Positions 12,782-27,495 of a stretch of 64,000 bases of DNA are shown here, in pieces; within the stretch, counting starts at the first letter, position 1, and every line of letters starts with the position of its first letter. Below the pieces are notes generated by a model. The model saw only the letters and a program-made list of their open reading frames with translations. It was not told where the DNA came from and did not search any database. The position numbers were made by a program, and so were the translations under genes. The stretch spans positions 198,400,001 through 198,464,000 of the forward strand of contig OZ024743.1 of NCBI GenBank assembly GCA_964016885.1, read 5' to 3'. Source of the stretch: Eledone cirrhosa. Taxonomy: Eukaryota.

Positions 12782-14317
12782 CTTAAGTTCATTTGGAATG
12801 TGAATTGTGAATGCACCTACTGTTGGAACAGTTGGAATGTTACCATTTCCCACATCAAGAAGGTAGTTTGCAAACTGTCTTTCATCAGAATCCTCTGCAT
12901 CAATTAACCGTTGATTGGTTGTCATCTCCATAGTTTCCACATACTCCCAGATATAGGATCTCTTGTGGTTGCCTCAACTATTTGTGGTCTAGCACCATGA
13001 CGTACAGCTGGAAGAATTTGCTTCCAGTCACCAGATGGTAATACTGTTAGACCACCAAATGGCTTTTAGAAATCTTGAACATCTTTGAAGTTCCTGTCAA
13101 GGCATTCAAAAATATGCTTATGACCCATACCTATCTCATCAATGATTAGCAGGTCAGCTTGCTGCATAAGTTTACCTGTGTCATCCCTCTTTGTGAAGAA
13201 GCAAGTTGATTCAGCAGTCACATTGAGAGGAATCTTGCACTTGGAATGAAGAGTTCTACTTTTGTGAAGCAAAGTGGCTGCTATTCCAGATATGGCAGTG
13301 GCAAGTGCAATTTTTTTTTGTTAGATCTGAGGTAAACCAACAGGATGTTTATGACATAGATCTTTCTTGTACCTACACTTGCATTCAAGCAGAAAATTCT
13401 GCCTTCATTTTCATTTACAGAGGTGATTACTTTGTAAAAAATACCTGTTGTTCAGGATTCAATGTTGGCAGAAGTTCATTTATGTTTGCTTACAGTTGGT
13501 GTGTATTGAAATCAGTTTCTGCCATAAGAACGCTGTTGATTTCTGCATGATATCCTCTCCAAGACAATTCTTCCATTTCTCCCAAAACTGCAGAGGGTCA
13601 TTTGGCATGCTGTACAATAAAATGGTGCAGAAGATCTCTCGCAGCAGAATACCAAGCGTAATGGATGAGGCCTCTTCCATAACTTTGTCTTTTTCTCCAT
13701 ATTCATCCACCAGACCAAGTTTCCTGCATGCTTCTTGGAATGTTGGAAATTCAACTCCTTCAATTGTCCTCAAATCTTTGTATGAAGTTGACCCAGCCTT
13801 GTTATGTAGGATCATCTTGAGATAATATTATTCAGAATGATGTCTACTGAGAGATACTGTTGGAGTGCGTCCAAGAGATTCACTTATAAATTGTTGATCA
13901 CTATCCAGATGTCCCTTTTTTCTTCTTTGCCACTTTTTGTTTGTCCAAGTGAAATATTTAGGAATATCAATATACAATATGTTTCGTGCCAGTGGGTCTC
14001 TAATATTCAGTTGAAAATATTCCGTCAACTTAGTCATTGGCTGTCCCCTATAAACAATACTTTCTTCCTTCCCTAGCTCATACACGGCCATTTGTTCACC
14101 AGGTAAATGGCAAGGCAACTTTTCAACTGGCGGTTTTCGATGATGTAATGGAAATTTATAAATTTACCAGACTGCTTCACTGGCTGAGATGTACCGTGCA
14201 TTGATATAGGTCTCAATCTCATTTTGGGCATGGACACAATCTCCTTGATCATCCTTAATAGTGAAAGTGATCTTGTCTGATCCTTTTGTGATATACTTAT
14301 ATAAGTACTCAACAGCC
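12782..14317 (-). pseudogene. Helitron RepHel relic: linker and Pif1-like helicase portion
   Basis: ..ATLLHKSRTLHSKCKIPL..LLIIDEIGM..KPFGGLTVLPSGDWKQILPAV (Pif1 motifs Ia, II, III), plus HLPGEQ, LTEYFQLN, YIDIPKYFTW, SYKDLRT, TFQEACRKLGL. Contains stops and deletions. Confidence 0.92.
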
Positions 14318-14420
14318 TTGTAATGGATGAGTCCTCTTCCATAACTTTGTCTTTTTCTCCATATTCATCCACCAGACCAAGCTTCCTGCATGCTTCTTGG
14401 AATGTTGGAAATTAAACTCC

Positions 14421-16732
14421 CTCACCCAAGTTTGCGCAGCTTTACTTCTATGATACAGATTATGAGCTTCAGAATCGCTTGCATCGTGCTAATTTAGATG
14501 CTGCTGTCCTGCAGGACCTGCAAGAAGACTTGCACTACTGCAACACCTATATAAGAAGCTTCAAGGCAGCCATTGAAATACCAGTCTCTGAAAATGTGAA
14601 TATTGTCCTACATGCTGACAAAGTAAAACACACTAATTTTCATTGTCGCACATATAATCTTCCCATGGCATCTGAGATTACTGGTATTCAATCTGATACA
14701 GTATTAGGTCTTTTGGATGTCATCATTCATAAATGAGATGGTGGTCTTCAGAGGATTCCTCAGTTGCACCGTTCTTATGATCCTATGCATTATGTACTAC
14801 TGTTTCCTTGGGGGAATGATGGGTTTCAGGCTGGTTTGAAAAGGATTGACAACAATCACACACTCCACCCACTGATTTCTACTGTCATCGGTTTCAGGTT
14901 AGGCAAGGTGACTGTAACATTATCATGAAGAGCAGGCGGCTGATGCAGCAATATGTCGCCTGAAATGTCGCCTGAAATGTCGCCTCAAATGGGCCCGCAA
15001 CAATTAAGCCATGATACGAGCTGAAAAGTATGAGGTTTTGTATGATGCTGTGACTGAAAGATATTCAGTAAATGTAGGCCGAAGAATTGTTCTTCCTCCT
15101 TCAATCTATGGTTCCCCTCGCTTCTACAGTGAGTACTTTCAGAATTCGATGACTGTGGTTCGACACATGGAAAAGCCATCTTATTTCATCACTGAAACAA
15201 CTAACCCTAACTGGGATGAAATAAAAAATAGTTTACAACCTGGTGAAGAACCTAGAGACCGTCCTGATATTTGTGCAAGAGTCTTCAAGATCAAATATGA
15301 CAGCCTCATTGATGACATACTGATAAAAAAATGTCCTAGGAAAAGTTGTGGCTCATTCTGCTACAATAGAGTGGAAGAAACGAGGCCTCATTCATGCTCA
15401 TATTCTGCTGATAATGGCTGAAGATAGCAAGCCCAAAAGTGCTGATGCCATTGATCAGGTACTTGATTCCTGATTAAGAGACCAGTCCAATTCTGCAAAA
15501 TATCATCACATCCTGCAACATTCATGGCCCATGTGGACAAGCTAATATGATGTGCTCATGTATGGAAGGGCTAGGACAACAACGCCATTGCTCAAAAGGT
15601 TATCCCAAGGCATTCAGACAAACCACATTTGTTGCTGAAAATTCCTTTCCGGAGTATAGAAGGGATAGACAGCATGGTGGTCACACCCATACAATCCAAC
15701 TTAAAGGTCAAGAATTTACTGTTGATAATCGTTGGATTGTTCCATACAAACCTTTCCTCTTATTGAAATATCAGTGCTACATCAATTGTGAGGTTGTCCA
15801 CAGTGTCAAGGCTGTTGAGTACTTATATAATTATATCACAAAAGGATCAGACAAGATCACTTTCACTATTAAGGATGATCAAGGAGATTGTGTCCATGCC
15901 CAAAATGAGATTGAGACCTATATCAATGCACGGTACATCTCAGCCAGTGAAGCAGTCTGGAAAATCTATAAATTTCCATTACATCATCGAAAACCGCCAG
16001 TTGAAAAGTTGCCTTGCCATTTACCTGGGGAACAAATGGCCGTGTATGAGTGAGGGAAGGAAGAAAGTGTTGTTTATAGGGGACAGCCAATGACTAAGTT
16101 GACGGAATATTTTCAACTGAATATTAGAGACCCACTGGCACGAAACATATTGTATATTGATATTCCTAAATATTTCACTTGGACAAACAAAAAGTGGCAA
16201 AGAAGAAAAAAGGGACATCTGGATAGTGATCAACAATTTATAAGTGAATCTCTTGGACGCATTCCAACAGTATCTCTCAGTAGACATCATTCTGAATTAT
16301 GTTATCTCAAAATGATCCTACATAACAAGTCTGGGTCAACTTCATACAAAGATTTGAGGACAATTGAAGGAGTTGAATTTCCAACATTCCAAGAAGCATG
16401 CAGGAAACTTGGTCTGGTGGATGAATATGGAGAAAAAGACAAAGTTATGGACGAGGCCTCATCCATTACGCTTGGTATTCTGCTGCGAGAGATCTTCTGC
16501 ACCATTTTATTGTACAGCATGCCAAATGACCCTCTGCAGTTCTGGGAGGAATGGAAGAATTATCTTGCTGAGGATATCATGCATGAACGTCATGTGTAAG
16601 TCATGTCCATGCAAACCATGCAAATTGTTCTACAGAAGATCCAACAAAGACTTCAACATGATGGCTTGGACATTCATGCCAACTATGGACTTCCTCGGCC
16701 AGACCCAACTATTGTTGCCATACCAGAAATCA
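14421..16732 (+). pseudogene. Helitron RepHel relic: HUH Rep domain and linker
   Basis: PKFAQLYFYDT, SYDPMHYVLLFP, LPPSIYGSPR, FITETTNPNW, DRPDICARVF, EWKKRGLIHAHILL (HUH, ~15369-15410), HGPCG, DNRWIVPY, YLYNYITKGSD, ARYISASEAVW. Frameshifted. Confidence 0.95.
14953..14988 (+). repeat. 12-bp tandem triplication within Helitron Rep
   Basis: ATGTCGCCTGAA twice, then ATGTCGCCTCAA. Confidence 0.9.
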
Positions 16733-16796
16733 ATGTTGCCATACTTTGAAATAAATGTATGTTTGAAATATGTATTATCGCCTGCTATTCCATACA

Positions 16797-16902
<106 letters not shown>

Positions 16903-16929
16903 TAGTATGAGGTAGTCATAACAACAGTG

Positions 16930-18407
16930 GTAGCAGCAAAACATATATAACGGCGATGAATTAGTTTTGCGAGATTTTTTATATGAAATTGTGTGTCAAA
17001 ACAGATATTGTTATACTAAACCCATGGCCTCCAAATACCTGATACTCAAAAACTCAGCAATGTCCAGTAGTGCTAAGTTTAGTATTCTGATCGCAGACTT
17101 GGTACGAATGATGAAGAACGTATCTCGCACATGCGACCCAACAGAAATGGAAAGACACATCCAACCTTTCATCAACCGCATGCAGTTCTCTGGCTACAAC
17201 CAAAGAGGCAGAATCAGAGTATACAAAGGAGCCACGGAGAAGTATAAGACCCTCATAGAACTGGACATGAAAGGAATTTTCCCATTATAGAGGAGCAAAT
17301 CATGGATTAGCTTAGATAGGACTAAACATAAGAAAGGGAAAGCCACCTCATGGTACAATAACCAGAGATACCAGAGTGTCCTATTCGTGGACGCTACCCC
17401 TGGAGGGAAATTAGCTAACCAATGTAGAAAGACCCTGAGAAAGACCCACTTAAAGATTAAAGTGGTAGAAAAGCTAGGAACTACCATAAAATCCCTGATC
17501 AGCAAAACATACCCTTTTAAGAAAAACCACTGTACTAATAAGAAATATGTTACATGTAAAGTAAACCCCCAGATAAACTGTAAAACTAGAAATGTAGTCT
17601 ATAGCATAAGATGTACAAAGGGTACTTGCAGAAACATGACAACAACATAGATAGGTGAGACAGCTCGAAGCATAGGAGAAAGAATAGACCAAAACTGGGG
17701 GGAATTAAAAGGACAAAAAAAAAACGGTTCAGTACTATACGAACACGCCAGACAACATGACGGTAACATAGACAACATAGAAATTAAAATAATATCTAAA
17801 CATAGAAATGACCCAGCAGGTAGGCAAATCAGAGATGCAAGCGGAATTGAGCTTAAAAAGCCAAAGCTAAACAGAAAAAATGAATGGAATAACAAGAACA
17901 CCCAAACAAACAATACTGACTTAAGAGAAATATAAATAAATAAATAAATAATTATATACACAAGCACAATAACAACAAACACATATAAACGCACACTAAT
18001 AAACTAAGATAGAATTCAATAACCAAAACACAGTCACCTAAACGCGAACACACACACCAAACACTATACACACACGCAAACGCATGCGCAGAGAAGAAGA
18101 CAAAAATAAATAAATATATAAACAGATAAAATAAAAATGGCGTAGACATACAATACAACAGGAGGAAACATAATAGTAGCATTGATGATGTTGCAGATGT
18201 GCAACGAAAGAACTTTGTTAGACTATATATATGTATTTATATGTGTATTTTTTACTGTTGGTCAGTCAATGATAAACATTGATGGCCGAATGAATTAACT
18301 ATGGATATATATAAAAGAAAATAAGATACAGAACCGAAAACAGTAAGTGTGTTCTGTTATTATTTCTGGCAATATTATTACAATATGACCCTCCACAAGT
18401 ATAACAA
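16930..18407 (+). mobile_element. 5'-truncated PLE: RT thumb, linker, GIY-YIG, 3' UTR and hammerhead
   Basis: ILIADLVRMMKNVS..RMQFSGY, SVLFVDATPGG, CKTRNVVYSIRC..*IGETARSIGER (TAG at 17648 replaces the Y of YIG). Ends in the TATAACAA(TA)n terminus. Confidence 0.88.
18177..18220 (+). ncRNA. Minimal hammerhead, core variant (TTGATGA)
   Basis: TAGCA-TTGATGA-T-GTTGC agatgt GCAAC-GAAAG AA CTT^TGTTA. The homolog at 37740 has CTGACGA. Confidence 0.65.
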
Positions 18408-18448
18408 TATATATATATAGTTATGTAATAAACAACATAAGATAATTA

Positions 18449-18508
18449 TTTCATTTACCAGTGGTTTCTTGAAAGCAACCAAAATTGCTTTCATTCATCA
18501 GAATGAAA
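18449..18508 (-). ncRNA. Type I hammerhead ribozyme
   Basis: Minus strand: TTTCATT-CTGATGA-ATGAAAGCAA ttttgg TTGCTTTCAA-GAA ACC act GGT A^AATGAAA. Helix I is 7 bp and the site is GUA. Confidence 0.88.
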
Positions 18509-18830
18509 AAATCCTGGTGCCTTTATTGACAGTGGATTTGAAAAACAAAAATATAACAGCTAAGAAAGTGAGGCTGGAGAAAAGAATAATAAATAAGAAT
18601 ATATAACAACACACACGTACACACACACACACACGCACACACGCACACACACTCACATATACACACATATATACATATATATATAAATATATACACGCAC
18701 ACATATACACAAATATACACAGGGGCACATATACACACACATACACATATATATACGCACACATGCATATATATACATGCACACATACATATATATATAT
18801 ACATATTTATATATGCATATATATACACCT

Positions 18831-18863
<33 letters not shown>

Positions 18864-19043
18864 TACATACACGCATATATATATATACACACACATGCAT
18901 ACGTACTCACATATAAAAGGAGACATATGCACACACACAAATAAGAATAAATAATCATAATAGGCCGTCACATAAAAAATAAGGATTAATAAATACATAG
19001 AGCACTCTTTTTTCCTGGACCTTTTCGACGGAATTACTTCATT

Positions 19044-19151
<108 letters not shown>

Positions 19152-19431
19152 TTCATTTATTTGTTTCCTGTATCGCTGTCAACTTTATAATAATTTTTAC
19201 ATTTATTTTTATTCTTATGTGACGGCCTATATGGTCGTCTATTGTTTTTTATTTTTTGTTTTTATTATTATATTTTTCCTTATATTAATTGTGTGTGTGT
19301 GCGTATGTAGGTGTGTGTACATATATCTATATTTGTGTGTGCGTATGTATGCGTGTATATATGTGTGTATGTATGAGTGTGTATGTACGTGTGTATATAT
19401 GTATGATTATGTGTGTATGTATATATATATA

Positions 19432-19472
<41 letters not shown>

Positions 19473-19575
19473 GTGTGTGTGAGTTTGTGTGTATGTGTAT
19501 GTATGGATATGTGGATATATATGTGTGTATGTATGTATATGTATGTGCATTTGTACGTGTATGTATGTGTGTATG

Positions 19576-19608
<33 letters not shown>

Positions 19609-19760
19609 GTGCATGTATATATGTGTGTGTATGTATATGTGTGTGTGTATGTGTATGTGTGTGTGTTTATTTTTCCTTTCCTTCTTCCTTTTCCAGTCTC
19701 ACTTTCATATAGATTATATTTTTGTTTGAAAATTCAATGTCAATAAATACACCAGGATTT

Positions 19761-19821
19761 TTTCATTCTGGTGATTGAAAGCGAAATTGGTTTGCTTTCA
19801 AGAAACCACTGGTAAATGAAA
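19761..19821 (+). ncRNA. Type I hammerhead with an A6G core mutation (likely inactive copy)
   Basis: TTTCATT-CTGGTGA-TTGAAAGC...GCTTTCAA-GAAACCACTGGTA^AATGAAA. Confidence 0.75.
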
Positions 19822-20184
19822 TAATTACCTTATGTTGTTTATTACATAACTATATATATATATATATCTGTCGCAGTCACTCCTCTCTTTATATACTCAC
19901 ACATACAATCTCTCTTTCTCGTTCTAGCAATTTTATAAAATCAAAGAACAACAACACACGCACACACATCAGCGTTTTGAAAAAAATTCAAATCGCTTCA
20001 TCTTTCTCTTTCACTCTCTCTCTATATATATATCGTGTAGATATACCGGAAGTATTGAAATTTGAATCTTTTAAAAGAAGTGAATCTTGAACTCTGCAAT
20101 AATATTCTTAATATATATTTAATCATGTGTTACGAAATATAGTAGATAAATTATGTAATATTCATTCATTATTTATTCAAAGTA

Positions 20185-20375
20185 AGGGCGGTGGATTGGC
20201 AGTATCGGTAGAGGGTCGGACGCCATGCTTTCCAGCATAGTTACGTCCCTTTACGATCTAAGTTCAAATCCCGCCGAGGTTGACTTTGCCTTTCATCCTT
20301 ACGGGGTCGATAAAATAAAGTACCAGTAATGCACTGGTGAATTGCTGGCCTTGTGCCTAAAGTAGAAACAATTAT
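20185..20375 (+). mobile_element. tRNA-derived SINE family A (reference copy), with a Meta/MESC-like central domain
   Basis: A-box-like TGGCAGTATCGGTAG, B-box GTTCAAATCC, central GCCTTTCATCCTTACGGGGTCGATAAAATAAAGTACCAG, tail GGCCTTGTGCCTAAAGTAGAAACAATT. At least 9 copies in the window. The domain name is from recall. Confidence 0.92.
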
Positions 20376-20544
20376 TTATTCAAAGCAATCCAACTTATTT
20401 TACAAACGGGATAAAAAATTATATTTTGGACGCTGCCCCACACTCCTTACTTTATTATAGTTTAGATGCATCATTTGTTAATTAATATACTATTATATCA
20501 TCTCTACCACAACACCCCCCCCCCTTAAGGCGCAGAACCCATTG

Positions 20545-20830
20545 GACTTTCACAACGCCCACGGAGGGTGGTAGCGCCCACATTGAGAACCTCTGCATTA
20601 CAGTAATCTACGCGATATTTGTGATGCTTTATAGAAAGAGAGAGTGGCATATATCTTTTAAAAATTGAAACTTTTCCACGCTTCTTCTATCAGCTTAGGA
20701 GAGTGGCATACATTATTTACAATTTGCGTGTAATTTGCGTTTATGTCCCTCTGGAAATAGGGTTGGGAACGCTGAGGGTATTACATGGCTGTGAGGGGGC
20801 AGTGGCCCGAAAAGTTTGAGAACCTCTGCT
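20545..20830. mobile_element. hAT/Charlie-type MITE end remnants
   Basis: Two same-orientation TTGAGAACCTCTG motifs (~20583 and ~20815), the reverse complement of a CAGAGGTTCTCAA-type TIR. Partner ends were not seen. Confidence 0.4.
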
Positions 20831-21473
20831 GTAATGCATTGCACACACGATAATTCCAGTTTCCAGGGTTGGTTGTTCCTGTGGGTGAGAAATAAATCAA
20901 TTATCATAATGTGAAACACCTTCGTCAGTGGTTTAGTGACAATGATAAACATACCCAATACCCGAGAATAGATATATAACCAAAGATCCTGTCAATCGTG
21001 TGGTGATATGTAGAAGAAATTGTTAAATAATTAGAAAAATAAGAAAGCTGACGTTTACTGACAACAATTTCAGCACCTTTGGAAAAGGAAAACGCGCATA
21101 ATTAACGAACAAAGAATGAGGTATTCACCACCGCGGTAATAAATGATTAAACAGGGACCACGAAGAGGAGCTCGGCTTTGAAGAATTGGTTAGCCAACCA
21201 TACTCTTACGATATTTCACCTCATATTCTTCTCTCTGACGGTTCATAAGTATCTGTATATTCACTTAAATACGAATGAAATTTATTTACATTTGGTTAAG
21301 ATATTAAATATCATTTTGACATCATCAGCTTTTAATATCTAAACGAAACAACTGTTAACTTAAGAAAAGTCTCAATAAATGGTGTACATTTGAAGTTTCG
21401 TGGAGGAGGGTTATCAAACATACACACGAACGCTCGCACACACACGCACACACACGCACACGCACACGCACGC

Positions 21474-21518
<45 letters not shown>

Positions 21519-21524
21519 CATATA

Positions 21525-21752
21525 TAATAATAAAAAGGACGATGTGTTAGATCTTCATTACATTTGTTGGGGTGTGACGCGCGTTTCGCTATTGACCAGC
21601 TCAAGGCTTGATCTGTATCGATCTGGCCCGACTCTGGAATCAAAAGCTGGTCGGATTTATTATTACACTATGCTTAGTAGATCACCTTAATACTACTGGA
21701 AACTAAGTATCGTGTGTTCACTTTGGTGCATTTACAGTAACCGGACGTTAAA

Positions 21753-21757
<5 letters not shown>
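21525..21757. mobile_element. Small PLE insertion: inverted hammerhead-like segment (21576-21654, minus) joined to a plus-strand tail
   Basis: The minus segment is homologous to 4719-4830. 21661-21757 is homologous to the tail at 43285-43385 (reverse complement). TA on both sides. Confidence 0.7.
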
Positions 21758-21788
<31 letters not shown>

Positions 21789-24030
21789 ACACATACGAAG
21801 ACCTTTTGCCTAACTTTCGCCTTCCTAATTTCTGTCGCCACAAAGTATTGAACATCTCGAAACTATGGTAGAAAGACTTTGCCTCAAGTATCACACAATT
21901 GAATCTAATCTAATCTAGATTTGCTTCTCTGTATATCAACGATATAAGAATTCAGCCATGCCTATCTGATAAACAAAAGAGAAATGAAAATAAAAAGAAA
22001 GTAAAAAAAAAAATTAAAAGGAAAAAATTTAAAATATCCTATTCATGAGATTTGTGGAAGATTGTTATAAAGATGCGAACAAGTCTTTCTTAATCTTGCG
22101 ATACAGAGCTTTCATATAATACTTACTAGCGAAGATAATCGGAAACTCTTAAATAAATTTAGCTACTACTATCGATGGTGTAATATACATGCTAAGAGAG
22201 AAAGGAACGGAAAAAAAACCGACAAAAGATAAAATCTCAGACAGCAAATGACAGAGTAAGGAAAAAGAAATTCACTGCTGAGGAAATTTAATCTTCTTTC
22301 GCCGCTGGTCCAATGTTGATCCAAACAAAGCCCCAGTGTGTCAGTTATTATATTTCTGTATCTTTTATTTATGACAGTTTAGTCGATTAGTTGTGGATTA
22401 TAATAAATTATTGGTACATATTTCGTCAATTCATTGAAGAATTGAAAGCAAATCATATACCTCGATGCGATTCGAAACTCAGAATGTTCTATAGATACCG
22501 TCTGGTTCCATATTATAATTAATTTTCAAACTGTATAGTTTTCGATTTACACCCACCTGGTTTCAGGTATATGTTTATGTGAGTATGTGTGTGAGTGCAC
22601 GTGTGTGTTTGCGTGTGTATGTATATGTGTGTGAGTTCGCGCGTGTGTTTATGTTTACTGATTGTATCTGCTCCGTAACTTAGCAGTTCGATAAAAAGGC
22701 ATCGATAAAATAAGTACCAGACTTTGAAACAATAATTGGAGTTAATACGATTGATTAATCCCTTCAAGGAGGTGTCCCAGCAGCCTATGACGAAAGTAAG
22801 GGAAAAAATAAGAGTTTTTTACACCAAGAATGAAATATCTTAAAGACTACCAATATGAAATAAACGAAGGGTAACATTATTATAACATTATTCAAATATA
22901 TCATTACATTTATTGGGGAACAGGCTAAGTCGTTACAACGCTGGTTACACTGATTCACGGTATTCGTTACAGGTCTCAGCGGACTGTGTTAAAATCTTTG
23001 TCAACTTTGTTTTTCGTCATTTCTATATTGACTTATAAATTATACATCCAATTTTGGAGGTCTATTCTTTTGATGGAGGTAATTGTTTGGATTGAGATGA
23101 TATCACCCGTCTCAACTTGACTTTCTAACCATTATGCATATGTCATACGACAAGAAGGAGTAGGATATGTGGGATATTTGATTATATTATATCCTCTTTA
23201 ACATTCTGTAATATTGAGTATATTGTCTATGATCTAACTAAAAGAATGCCAGAAACGTTTGAAACTATGTGTAAGCTATATAAGAGGGATATGGCATTCA
23301 TATACTATTACGAAATTTAAATCAATGTAATTAATAGTGAATATTTGTAACACTGCAAACACACTTTGGTCGTAGAGAAAGTAACCTTATTTTTAAAAAG
23401 AAACATCTAAATGTTGACCCTTTAATTAATTATTAAATAGGATAAATATTATAAATGTCAGATTTCTCTTTATTTATAACCGAAATCATTTAATGGATCA
23501 ACAAATAAGACCTTATTAATTCGCCAATGTTTCATACCATTCTTCTCTTCTTGAAAGAGCGTGTCAGCTTCGTTCAACTCGAAGTTGAACTACGGCCCTT
23601 CATACACAATAGATCAACGTTTCACTTGTTCTATCTATAGTAAGATGAGAAATATTGAGGCAATATTACAAAATATTAGGACGATCAGAACAGAGCTAGA
23701 ACTTCTTGTTCATGACCATGACTAATGCATAGTAAATAAAAAGAGAAGAAATTCCAAACGGCTCATTCTTTCATATGAGAATGAGAACGAAGACAGAACG
23801 AAATCACGCAATGAGCGTGTGAATAGCAACTGATTTCAACATTGCATGATAACTGTTTCAGAATAAAAGCAATGAGTTGTGATGTATTGGATGGGGGATA
23901 ACGGAGGGTATGATTATCACGCATACAGCACAGAAGTATACATACAGATTACTGTGTTGAATCATATACATTTACACACCTACACACATATATACATGCA
24001 TACATACATACGTATCCATATATATATATA

Positions 24031-24088
<58 letters not shown>

Positions 24089-24093
24089 AACAC

Positions 24094-24178
<85 letters not shown>

Positions 24179-24337
24179 AATATATATATATAATATTTTA
24201 TTATATAATATATATATATTTCATGTGTTCTTTTGCTCCACATATAAATATATTCCTAGGCACATGCAGGAATTACAAATTCTCATCTGAAATAGCACGT
24301 ATATCCTCTAATATAACGACTTTGTTGTATATATATA

Positions 24338-24388
<51 letters not shown>

Positions 24389-24739
24389 CAATATATATAT
24401 ATATACCAATATATATATATATACACCAATACATATGTATTGACGTAGATGCGATTTAAATGCTTCACAACATATGTGTATTATCATTGCATACACATAC
24501 ACACACACACATGTGTGTGTGCATGTATACATCTATGTGTGGTAAAATAGATGAGGTCGTAGGAAGACTGAGTATGAACAAACATGCACACACATATACA
24601 TACATATATTCACGTGTTTCCGCTCATATATAAATATATATATTTTAAGAATTATGTGTATACACAGAAAATATTGAACGTTCGATATAAATTTATGACT
24701 TGAACGGTTATATAGGCAGACTTATATGCACACATACAT

Positions 24740-25153
<414 letters not shown>

Positions 25154-25628
25154 GTGTCTGTGTGCATGTATGCAAGATAAAAAAAATACTGGATGTCAAA
25201 ACAGACTAGACACAATATCGTGGAAAAAATATTCCTGTGTGTATATATATATATATATATATCCGGTTTTATTCTAACATTTTTTACATTGTCTTTCACA
25301 AACCAATGGAGGCTTGCTTTGAAGTTTATTGTTAAATGTTCGCTTGTATATTAAGTGTTATTTCAGGCATTATCTATTCAATCTTACATTTTTTGTTTAA
25401 TTTTTTTGCGCTCTCACCAAGCATTGCCGATATTCGAGTAGAAGGGGAGGCTGTACCGGTGATAAAAGATCAACATTGAGCATATCTTCAGATCAGACAG
25501 AGATAACTAAAATAACAATAGTTATAATGGAAGCAAGTTAACATACAGTCACACACACACGAACACACATACGTACATACACCCATCATGTATATACAAA
25601 TATATACATATATCTCTATATATGTATA

Positions 25629-25708
<80 letters not shown>

Positions 25709-25806
25709 TATATATATATATTTAGAGAGAGAGAGTGAGAGAGAAAGAGAGCGAGAGCGAAAGAGAAAGAGAGTGGAGAGAGAGAGAGAGAGGGGGGAGA
25801 TGTATA

Positions 25807-25872
<66 letters not shown>

Positions 25873-26866
25873 TATATATACATATGTATAAAGTTTGGAA
25901 GCAACGAATGAACAAGCAAGTGACTCAGCTCGACCGAAGGAATGTCTTTTTATATTTCATTGTGCCACTTATCTAGTGGGGAGGAATATGTGAATACCCG
26001 TAGGGTATGGAATTGCTGGATGTGTTTGCGAGGATAGGGTGAGTCAGGTCAATTGCACACATAGTTATTAAACACAATACTCGCATTATTTTACGCATAC
26101 TGCTACATTCATGCAAAGGATTAGTCTTCTAGAAGGACACCGAAAGCAACACTTATATAGATGCACACGTAATCACGTGTGTTCTCTGTGCTGGACCTCC
26201 GTCGGTTCCAAGACCGAACATTCCAGTAGTACGAACAGCATAACAGCTTATTCATGAAGTTAGCCTACTAGCTGCTGATTATTTCACAAACGCATTCACC
26301 CTTGTGCATAGTTCTTAGGGTTAATAATACTTTCACTTTTACAGTGTTGTGTCGCTGTCTAGACTGTATTCTATGAATTGTACTAGATATAAATACAACA
26401 TATTTCAGTAAAAAATTGAAATATAGCTGGCGGAACAATAACTAATTAAGTAATTCTATTTGTCAAATATTTAGATTGTGTAAGATCATGAATCTTGGCT
26501 AATGACAAATAGAATACAATCGCGAATACAAGCGGTTGAGAATGGGTTTCACAAAGGAGGCTTTTTATAACATTACACAATAGGGTGTGTAATTCGGCGA
26601 TCGGGGAGTCACTTTATGTAGAGTTCTCTTTCTCAGAATTGAGACATCACGGCTCCGGTAATATGGGTACACTGGACACATGTTATAGATCAATTCAACC
26701 AATAGGAGATCCAGTGGTAGATCACAAACAAGATGGTTGGTTGACATCCATGAGCTAAATTGGTATTGCTTTGCGATCCAGCCAGGTCACTTGATGACAG
26801 TTACTTCTAATACGACCTCCAGTAATGCGTGCCTGAATAATCCACCGCCAAAATGTTCCCTGTAAT

Positions 26867-26918
26867 AGAAGAAGAAGAAGAAGAAGAAGAAGAAGAAGAA
26901 GAAGAAAAAGAAGAAGAA
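26867..26918. repeat. (GAA)n trinucleotide repeat
   Basis: Seen directly. A second tract lies at 33556-33612. Confidence 0.95.
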
Positions 26919-27044
26919 AGATGTGTGTATGCATGTATGCTAACGTTAACAGCCCGAAGCACATAGATGCATATCGCATATAGTTGCAGTTATTTTCTTG
27001 TTTAGCTAGCATGAGCTCATTATTTTCTCCAGCATAATAATGGA

Positions 27045-27226
27045 TGGTGGATTGGCGGCATAGAGTTACGTCCCTTTATGGTCTGAGTTCAATTCCCGCC
27101 GAGGTTAGCTTTGCCTTTCATACTTTCGGGGTCGATACAATAAAGCAACAGTAATGCACTGGAATTGATTTAGTCGACTTTCCCATGCCACAAATTACTG
27201 GCCTTGTGCCTATAGTAGAAACCATT
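27045..27226 (+). mobile_element. tRNA-derived SINE family A variant (5' internal deletion, longer 3' segment)
   Basis: GGTGGATTGGC..GAGTTCAATTCCCGCCGAGGTTAGCTTTGCCTTTCATACTTTCGGGGTCGAT..GGCCTTGTGCCTATAGTAGAAAC. Confidence 0.85.
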
Positions 27227-27432
27227 ATCATGTCAGCATCCTGATAACATATAGTTTAGAAAATAAGGTGGATTAAAAGTGTCGAACTCTATTAAAGGGT
27301 CCAAGAAATATTTGATTAAATATGTAAAACCCTGGTAACTATTATTTGTATAAATTTAATGAGAGTAATTTTATATCGACACTATTTTAAAAAAATCATA
27401 TATTGCCATTTTCCTCTTTCTCTCCCCCCCTG

Positions 27433-27495
<63 letters not shown>

